4,273 nt of DNA from a virus (lineage: Duplodnaviria; Heunggongvirae; Uroviricota; Caudoviricetes): IMG/VR virus record IMGVR_UViG_2695420650_000010; one strand, written 5' to 3'. Each line of letters begins with the position of its first letter. Position 1 is the first letter of the stretch. This document shows positions 1 to 4,273 of this stretch, piece after piece. Under the pieces are notes generated by a model. The model saw only the letters and a list, made by a program, of their open reading frames with translations. It had not been told where the DNA came from and made no database searches. The position numbers and the translations under genes were made by a program.

Positions 1-25
1 GGGAAAAATATCATCAGATGGCTGC

Positions 26-214
26 TTAAAAAAAGAACAAATGGTAGTGTCCGCTATTGCCAGTACACCTCAGGGTATAAGGGGTTATGGCCACCGGACT
101 ACCAAACGGCTGCCAGCCCTCTTTCAGTTTATGTGTCAGCTTTTCCGCAAGATCTGACGGCGGCGCCGCCCTGACAACATCATAGTGTTTAAATGCCATG
201 GTTCTTTCCACCAT
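26..214 (-). CDS. hypothetical small protein of the phage late region (62 aa from ATG at 214; 57 aa if the internal ATG at 199 is the true start)
   Basis: Open frame on the late-operon strand, stop TAA at 26-28. The internal ATG at 197-199 is preceded by GGTGGAAAG (weak Shine-Dalgarno-like, about 7-nt spacer); the first ATG has none. The sequence MAFKHYDVVRAAPPSDLAEKL... feels familiar as a small conserved lambdoid-prophage protein, but I cannot name the family with certainty. Confidence 0.5.
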   Translation of the reverse strand: MVERTMAFKHYDVVRAAPPSDLAEKLTHKLKEGWQPFGSPVAITPYTLRCTGNSGHYHLFFF

Positions 215-459
215 CTGAAAAATAATTCTTTAAAATACCTGACATGTAATACAGAAAAAACACAAAACCATACCTTAAATAAAAACCTGATTATCAAGCA
301 GATATGCATGGATAAACTACAAGACGAGATATAAACCACCCTGCATTTAAATAAACAATAAACAACATCAGAAAAATAATTCTGCTCTATGGTTTACATT
401 CAAAAATATCATTTATACTTTTCAGAACATCACCAGCAAGGCATAAACAAGGAAACTAA
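215..459. promoter_or_regulatory. AT-rich divergent intergenic region with a 13-bp direct repeat GAAAAATAATTCT (217-229 and 371-383)
   Basis: Lies between the minus-strand ORF starting at 214 and the plus-strand ORF starting at 460. The exact 13-mer occurs twice, one copy abutting each flanking gene's upstream region. Confidence 0.35.
393..419 (+). promoter_or_regulatory. candidate sigma70 promoter for the plus-strand ORF at 460
   Basis: TTTACA (393-398), 15-nt spacer, TATACT (414-419). The spacer is short, so this is weak. A Shine-Dalgarno AAGGA (449-453) sits 6 nt before the ATG at 460. Confidence 0.25.
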
Positions 460-1229
460 ATGAAGTGGATTGTGATTGATACAGTTATCCAGCCATCATG
501 CGGAATATCTTTTTCAGTCATATGGAGTAAAATAAAATTAATAATCTGGTATCAATCGGATGCTTTCTTACCTCCTGAAAGTATATTTACACTGACTCAC
601 ACAGGCATCATGCTCAATAACAAAGTGCTACCTGTAACCATTTACAACGTAGTACCATTCAATAAAACATTCTGGAATTCAATCAAAAATAGCCAGGAAT
701 GCCCTACAAATACAGATAANNNNNNNNNNNNNNNNNNNNNNNNNNNNNNNNNNNNNNNNNNNNNNNNNNNNNNNNNNNNNNNNNNNNNNNNNNNNNNNNN
801 NNNNNNNNNNNNNNNNNNNNNNNNNNNNNNNNNNNNNNNNNNNNNNNNNNNNNNNNNNNNNNNNNNNNNNNATATAGCACCCTGACTGATACTGTAGTAC
901 CTAAGGTTCCAGAAACTGTGATGTATCNNNNNNNNNNNNNNNNNNNNNCAGTCATATGGAGTAAAATAAAATTAATAATCTGGTATCAATCGGATGCTTT
1001 CTTACCTCCTGAAAGTATATTTACACTGACTCACACAGGCATCATGCTCAATAACAAAGTGCTACCTGTAACCATTTACAACGTAGTACCATTCAATAAA
1101 ACATTCTGGAATTCAATCAAAAATAGCCAGGAATGCCCTACAAATACAGATAACGTATTGAATGAATGCTTTAATAACCGTTGCACTCTGCAAATATGTC
1201 CTTATGGACTAAAACAACAAAGTCCATAA
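460..1229 (+). CDS. hypothetical Cys-rich small protein; frame runs through two N gaps and a duplicated 205-bp segment (about 111 aa if the duplication is collapsed)
   Basis: ATG at 460 with AAGGA Shine-Dalgarno; stop TAA at 1227-1229. The frame is open across AT-rich DNA, where stops are frequent by chance. The C-terminal part has C-x10-C-x4-C-x4-C spacing ([23 protein letters not shown]). The minus strand here has no comparable ORF. True length is unknown because of the gaps. Confidence 0.4.
515..719. repeat. direct repeat copy 1 (205 bp), matching 949-1153 by eye
   Basis: Visually identical sequence at a 434-bp offset, ending exactly at the start of the N run. Confidence 0.8.
720..871. 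other. assembly gap (run of N)
   Basis: Contiguous n characters. Confidence 0.95.
928..948. other. assembly gap (run of N)
   Basis: Contiguous n characters; the 56 bp at 872-927 between the two gaps occurs nowhere else in the window. Confidence 0.95.
949..1153. repeat. direct repeat copy 2 (205 bp), matching 515-719 by eye
   Basis: Starts immediately after the N run and keeps the same reading frame as copy 1. Confidence 0.8.
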
Positions 1230-1232
1230 GGA
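1199..1232. repeat. 12-bp perfect inverted repeat TCCTTATGGACT / AGTCCATAAGGA with 10-nt spacer, overlapping the stop codon of the plus-strand ORF
   Basis: Arms at 1199-1210 and 1221-1232 are exact reverse complements. Function unknown; could be an RNA hairpin or a protein-binding site. Confidence 0.6.
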
Positions 1233-1248
1233 GTTTACTCACATCTGA

Positions 1249-1285
1249 CAAAATCAATATAAACAGCCCCTCCGGAGAGGGGCTG
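1249..1285 (-). terminator. rho-independent terminator-like hairpin for minus-strand transcripts
   Basis: 9-bp GC-rich stem CAGCCCCTC / GAGGGGCTG (1264-1272 and 1277-1285) with 4-nt loop. On the minus strand it is followed by the U-rich tail TTTATATTGATTTTG; on the plus strand there is no U tract. Confidence 0.5.
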
Positions 1286-1676
1286 GAGAGTGGCGCTATG
1301 TGCCATTGCATGGTGCCGGGTGCCTCCCGGTGAATTCAGTACCAGCACCTGAATCCGCGATTATCCCATATACCTACTCGCTGATTGCCCCTCCGCACAG
1401 GGGGATTCACCATGCCAGTTTCTTTTAACAAACTCCCCGCAAACCAGACAACAGTCAACCGCCTGAATTGTGAAGTATTTAAAAATTTCTCCCGCTAACT
1501 GATACCCGGCTAACAGTCTGGCGTTTTCTTTTTCAGCAACGGGAAAGCAACAACCACCACACCCGCCACCAGCACACCGTCAGCCAGCACTGACATTATC
1601 CGGCTGCTGCAATGCCATTCACAAAAACAGTAAGCAATCACTTTTTACCGTAACAGGTGATAATCCAGATATGTAT

Positions 1677-2030
1677 CTACCCCAGATGAGTAATCCGAAG
1701 TTCATCCATACCACAGGTCCTGGCTATTCTGTTGTACTCCTGAACAAGAGCAAATAATTCTGAATTAGCAACCATGAACTCATCGCAAACCCTCTGTATA
1801 GCATCACTATTCAGAATAATAACGTCTCTTCCCGAAAGACGATCAGGAGTACAGAACAAAACTGTCAAACGGCTGAAGGCCTTTGCTCGTGCTGCATTGA
1901 CTATATCAATACGCTGCCTAAGGATGAAACACCCCGACGCCTCATCAATATTCACTCTACCCACACCATATGAATGATAAATATTTAATGCTGAAAAAAC
2001 CATTAGACCGTATAACAAACACTCAATCAA
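1677..2030 (-). CDS. hypothetical protein (117 aa from TTG at 2030; 108 aa from the first ATG at 2003)
   Basis: Longest ORF in the cargo segment and in late-operon orientation. No convincing Shine-Dalgarno before either start and no recognisable motifs, so confidence is low. Confidence 0.35.
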   Translation of the reverse strand: MIECLLYGLMVFSALNIYHSYGVGRVNIDEASGCFILRQRIDIVNAARAKAFSRLTVLFCTPDRLSGRDVIILNSDAIQRVCDEFMVANSELFALVQEYNRIARTCGMDELRITHLG

Positions 2031-2140
2031 TACTTAACAGAACTTTTATTTTTGACAAACATAAAATATTTTCAACAATATCCTGAGCCAGGTATATTTC
2101 AGTATAAGGCTCTGCCGGAAGGAATCTGGAAGAATGAATA

Positions 2141-2217
2141 TGGCGCGCTGTACTGGATTCGAACCAGTGACCGATTGCTTAGAAGGCAATTGCTCTGTCC
2201 GGCTGAGCTAACAACGC
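2141..2217 (-). tRNA. tRNA-Arg (anticodon UCU), 77 nt with encoded CCA
   Basis: Reverse complement folds as a cloverleaf: acceptor GCGTTGT/ACAGCGC (one G-U pair), D-arm GCTC...GAGC, anticodon stem ATTGC/GCAAT with loop CTTCTAA, T-arm ACTGG-TTCGAAT-CCAGT, discriminator G, CCA. Similar from memory to E. coli argU; likely argN or argO of a lambdoid prophage, but I cannot tell which. Confidence 0.85.
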
Positions 2218-2230
2218 ATGATGCAGATAA

Positions 2231-2258
2231 TGGACCGCCATCGGGGACTTGAACCCCG
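2231..2258 (-). tRNA. partial tRNA, 3' end only (T-arm, acceptor 3' arm, discriminator U, CCA); 5' part lies in the N gap
   Basis: Minus strand reads CGGGG-TTCAAGT-CCCCG (a T-arm with TTCRANY loop), then ATGGCGG-T-CCA. Identity cannot be assigned. Confidence 0.4.
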
Positions 2259-2299
2259 NNNNNNNNNNNNNNNNNNNNNNNNNNNNNNNNNNNNNNNNN
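2259..2299. other. assembly gap (run of N) inside the tRNA cluster
   Basis: Contiguous n characters; true gap length unknown. Confidence 0.95.
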
Positions 2300-2367
2300 G
2301 TACTGGATTCGAACCAGTGACCGATTGCTTAGAAGGCAATTGCTCTGTCCGGCTGAGCTAACAACGC
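2300..2367 (-). tRNA. tRNA-Arg (anticodon UCU), second copy, 3' end truncated by the N gap
   Basis: The visible 68 nt are identical to the corresponding part of the tRNA-Arg at 2141-2217, including the anticodon loop. Confidence 0.75.
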
Positions 2368-2376
2368 TGAATACCG

Positions 2377-2399
2377 ATAATGGACCGCCATCGGGGACC
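2377..2399 (-). repeat. 23-nt tRNA 3'-end fragment, direct repeat of 2227-2249
   Basis: GATAATGGACCGCCATCGGGGAC occurs at both places. At 2227-2249 it continues into a proper T-arm; at 2377-2399 the adjoining sequence has no T-loop, so this copy is a remnant. Confidence 0.6.
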
Positions 2400-2467
2400 C
2401 GCCCCCGCACCAACAACCCTGTTATCGTGTCGTCTGCTCTTCCTGATAAGCTAATGGCGGTTTGTGA

Positions 2468-2543
2468 TGGTGGCCCTTGCTGGATTTGAACCAGCGACCT
2501 GGCGATTATGAGTCGCTCGCTCTCACCACTGAGCTAAAGGGCC
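2468..2543 (-). tRNA. ileZ: tRNA-Ile2 (anticodon CAU, lysidine type), 76 nt with encoded CCA
   Basis: Reverse complement GGCCCTTTAGCTCAGTGGTGAGAGCGAGCGACTCATAATCGCCAGGTCGCTGGTTCAAATCCAGCAAGGGCCACCA. Acceptor GGCCCTT/AAGGGCC, anticodon loop CTCATAA, T-loop TTCAAAT. Closely resembles E. coli ileX/ileY as I remember them. The ileZ-argN-argO arrangement is characteristic of lambdoid prophages. Confidence 0.85.
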
Positions 2544-2583
2544 GGGAGCAGAATAATAACGGCGCGTAATTAATTCTTCAATA

Positions 2584-3642
2584 TCATCCGTTCTGGCTGA
2601 CTAAATCCTGTACTTCCCGAACCGTCTGCTCAAAACGTTCAGTCTCCAGCTCAACGCCAATTGCACGACGCCCGAGCGCCAGTGCCGCTTTCACTGTCGA
2701 ACCCAACCCCATGAAAAAATCTGCAATCAGGTCACCCGGACGACTGCTAGCGCTGATTATCTGCTGCAGCATTTCTGCCGGTTTTTCGCACGGATGTTTC
2801 CCGGGATAGAACTGCACCGGTTTATGCGTCCACACATCGGTATACGGCACCTGCACCGTCACGCCAAAATACCGCCGCAGATGTTTATATTCACTCAGCA
2901 GCTCCGCATACTGCCGGTTCAGTGAGGTATACGTATCCACCAGCTGGTGGTGGAGCTTTTCCAGTTCACCACGCCGATGCTTCTCTTCTGCCACCCGGGC
3001 AAACAGCGCCTGTAATTTCAGATAATCGCTTTCATTCGGCAACTGCCACTGACCGGCACTGAACCAGTGCGACACCATGTTTTTCTTTCCTGTGGCATCT
3101 GCAATCTGTTTTGCCGTTATCCCCAGGGCAGCTCGCGCATCACGAAAGTAAGAAATCAGCGGGGCCATCACATGCTGTTTCAGTGCACTGCCCTTCGCCG
3201 CATACCCGGCATCTTTCGGACGATACGGCCCCTGATAATGTTCCGCGAACAGAATGCGCTCTGTGGCGGGGAAATACGCCCGCAGGCTTTCCTTGTTGCA
3301 TCCGTTCCAGCGTCCGGACGGCTTCGCCCAGATAATATGGTTCAGCACACTGAAGCGTTCACGCATCATGATTTCGATATCAGATGCCAGGCGATGACCA
3401 CAGAACAGGTAAAGACTTCCGGCAGGTTTCAGCACCCGCCAGAACTGCGCCAGACACTGGTCCAGCCACTTCAGGTAATCATCGTCGCCCTTCCACTGGT
3501 TATCCCAGCCCTCAGGCTTCACTTTAAAGTACGGCGGGTCCGTGACTATCAGGTCAACAGAATTTTCGGGTAACGACCGGATAAATTCCAGGCAGTCGGC
3601 GTTGATTAACTCACAACTGGATATTTTTACAGTATTAAGCAT
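2584..3642 (-). CDS. DNA methyltransferase, beta-class N6-adenine or N4-cytosine (N6_N4_Mtase family), apparently orphan
   Basis: 352-aa ORF, ATG at 3642, TGA at 2584. Motif IV DLIVTDPPYF near the N-terminus; HPCEKP (HPxxKP-type) and AdoMet-binding motif I DFFMGLGST near the C-terminus. That order is typical of beta-class amino-methyltransferases (CcrM, M.HinfI, M.RsrI-like). No endonuclease gene is adjacent in the window. Target site cannot be inferred. Confidence 0.92.
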   Translation of the reverse strand: MLNTVKISSCELINADCLEFIRSLPENSVDLIVTDPPYFKVKPEGWDNQWKGDDDYLKWLDQCLAQFWRVLKPAGSLYLFCGHRLASDIEIMMRERFSVLNHIIWAKPSGRWNGCNKESLRAYFPATERILFAEHYQGPYRPKDAGYAAKGSALKQHVMAPLISYFRDARAALGITAKQIADATGKKNMVSHWFSAGQWQLPNESDYLKLQALFARVAEEKHRRGELEKLHHQLVDTYTSLNRQYAELLSEYKHLRRYFGVTVQVPYTDVWTHKPVQFYPGKHPCEKPAEMLQQIISASSRPGDLIADFFMGLGSTVKAALALGRRAIGVELETERFEQTVREVQDLVSQNG

Positions 3643-3674
3643 GGATCATTAAGCCTGTCTCTGATAGGCTCATT

Positions 3675-3693
3675 CTGCTTTTGCGCAAAGCAG
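3675..3693. promoter_or_regulatory. near-perfect 19-bp palindrome CTGCTTTTGCGCAAAGCAG upstream of the methyltransferase start
   Basis: Arms CTGCTTT / AAAGCAG around a central GCGC, 33-51 nt upstream of the ATG at 3642. A weak promoter-like pair, TTGCGC then 16 nt then TATCAG on the minus strand, puts the -35 at the palindrome centre. Candidate operator. Confidence 0.35.
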
Positions 3694-3734
3694 TGGGCCT
3701 GAGGTTTGCTTGTGAACCCAACGCATGAGCAGAT

Positions 3735-3774
3735 GGCTGGTGGGTGCCCCTAACACCCACCNCCCCCCCCAGCC
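3735..3774. repeat. inverted repeat GGCTGGTGGGTG / CACCCACC...AGCC interrupted by a poly-C tract (poly-G on the coding strand) containing an ambiguous base
   Basis: Left arm 3735-3746; right arm 3754-3761 plus 3771-3774, split by c-n-cccccccc at 3761-3770. The minus strand is G-tract rich (G8, GGTGGG, GGGG). Confidence 0.6.
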
Positions 3775-3791
3775 GCCCATTTACCACAAAT

Positions 3792-3815
3792 AAAAAAGCC
3801 TTCACTGCGGAAGGC
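3792..3815 (-). terminator. rho-independent terminator-like hairpin overlapping the stop codon of the 65-aa ORF
   Basis: 6-bp stem GCCTTC / GAAGGC (3798-3803 and 3810-3815) with 6-nt loop, followed on the minus strand by TTTTTTATTTG. The stem is short, so moderate confidence. Confidence 0.45.
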
Positions 3816-3999
3816 GTCTGTAACAACCGAACTGATAGTCTGCCAGACCCGCCATAACCAGCTGGGTCAGTATTAACTGGCAGCGTTCGCGTGAAAGGTA
3901 AGTATTCTGCGCTATCTCCCCGACTGTCGCCGGTTCGGTAACGCTTAATTCATTAAACACCACTCTGGCGGTTTCTGTCATATCCTGCTGTTTTAGCAT
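3802..3999 (-). CDS. hypothetical small protein (65 aa), possible helix-turn-helix DNA-binding protein
   Basis: ATG at 3999 preceded by a good Shine-Dalgarno (AAAGGAAAAG, about 6-nt spacer); stop TGA at 3802-3804. The segment TVGEIAQNTYLSRERCQLILTQLVMAGL has an HTH-like pattern. Sits between two terminator-like hairpins, directly upstream of the methyltransferase. Confidence 0.6.
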   Translation of the reverse strand: MLKQQDMTETARVVFNELSVTEPATVGEIAQNTYLSRERCQLILTQLVMAGLADYQFGCYRRLPQ

Positions 4000-4117
4000 G
4001 TCTTTTCCTTTTCCGGTTAACGTGACACACCAATAACTCTTGTCGAAAAAGCCAGCAAGCTGAAAGACAGGTATTCACCGCCACCAGCGCGTTTACTGTA
4101 CTGACGCGATTTCAGTC

Positions 4118-4143
4118 ATAAAAAACCCGCTCGGCGGCGGGTT
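4118..4143 (-). terminator. rho-independent terminator (tR'-like) for minus-strand transcripts
   Basis: Stem CCCGC / GCGGG (4126-4130 and 4137-4141), extendable by two A-T pairs, followed on the minus strand by six U (complement of A 4120-4125). Sits about 45-65 nt downstream of the candidate promoter. Confidence 0.6.
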
Positions 4144-4190
4144 GTAGAAACTCTTCTAACGTCAGGCATAAAACGCCCATCGTTATGACG

Positions 4191-4218
4191 AATTTACCAC
4201 AGATTCCGGAAAAATCAA
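4191..4218 (-). promoter_or_regulatory. candidate late promoter (pR'-like) with extended -10
   Basis: On the minus strand: -35 TTGATT (complement of 4213-4218), 16-nt spacer, TGgTAAATT (complement of 4191-4199). As I remember it, the lambda pR' -10 region is GGGTAAATT with -35 TTGACT. Position between the end of an upstream ORF and a terminator fits pR'/tR' architecture. Confidence 0.45.
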
Positions 4219-4273
4219 CCTTGTTACCTAGTTACCTTTTTTAACTGCCGCTCAGCCCATGCTTCTTCAATAT

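Noticed and set aside
136-339. 67-aa minus-strand ORF overlapping the small late ORF in another frame
   Set aside because: Overlaps 26-214 and extends into the AT-rich intergenic region; low-complexity translation and no ribosome-binding site. Likely a chance frame.
704-955. 83-aa minus-strand ORF
   Set aside because: Consists almost entirely of N-derived codons; an artefact of the gap.
1774-1977. 67-aa plus-strand ORF
   Set aside because: Lies antisense inside the 117-aa ORF, with no Shine-Dalgarno and a basic low-complexity translation; probably a shadow frame.
215-2140. Shiga toxin genes (stxA/stxB) at the canonical position after the phage tRNAs
   Set aside because: No ORF here resembles the StxA or StxB sequences as I remember them, and no ORF pair of the right sizes (about 315 and 89 aa) is present.
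515-2400. CRISPR array, suggested by repeated segments
   Set aside because: The repeats are 205 bp and tRNA-sized, they flank assembly gaps, and there is no short repeat-spacer periodicity.
2052-2416. Plus-strand 66-aa ORF (2052-2252) and minus-strand 105-aa ORF (2099-2416) across the tRNA cluster
   Set aside because: Both run through tRNA genes and the N gap; the region is explained by the tRNAs. A consensus TTGACA at 2052-2057 on the plus strand has no convincing -10 and points into the tRNAs antisense.
3067-3573. Plus-strand ORFs of 168 and 74 aa (3067-3573 and 3111-3335)
   Set aside because: Antisense shadow frames inside the methyltransferase gene, Arg/Pro-rich as expected for GC-biased antisense frames.
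3635-3826. 63-aa minus-strand ORF bridging the small ORF and the methyltransferase
   Set aside because: Overlaps both neighbouring genes, runs through the poly-G tract and the ambiguous base, and has no ribosome-binding site. Better explained as leader or regulatory sequence.

Overview
Draft-quality 4,273-bp window (N runs at 720-871, 928-948, 2259-2299; single n at 3762). Read on the minus strand, it looks like the late-gene switch region of a lambdoid, Q-antiterminator-type prophage of an enterobacterium. Right to left: the 3' end of an upstream gene (possibly Q, off-window), a pR'-like promoter (4191-4218) and intrinsic terminator (4118-4143), a 65-aa putative DNA-binding protein (3802-3999) with a second terminator, a 352-aa beta-class amino-DNA methyltransferase (2584-3642), then a phage tRNA cluster (tRNA-Ile CAU at 2468-2543, two tRNA-Arg UCU copies, one extra tRNA 3' end). 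Downstream of the tRNAs, where Shiga-toxin phages carry stxAB, there is no toxin. Instead there is a compositionally different, partly AT-rich cargo segment (215-2140) with only uncharacterised ORFs: a 117-aa minus-strand ORF, a Cys-rich plus-strand ORF broken by gaps and a 205-bp duplication, and tiny convergent ORFs. A small minus-strand ORF (26-214) ends the window, presumably just before the lysis genes. No rRNA, CRISPR array, IS element or integrase was seen. All family assignments are from motif recognition and memory, not from a database search.
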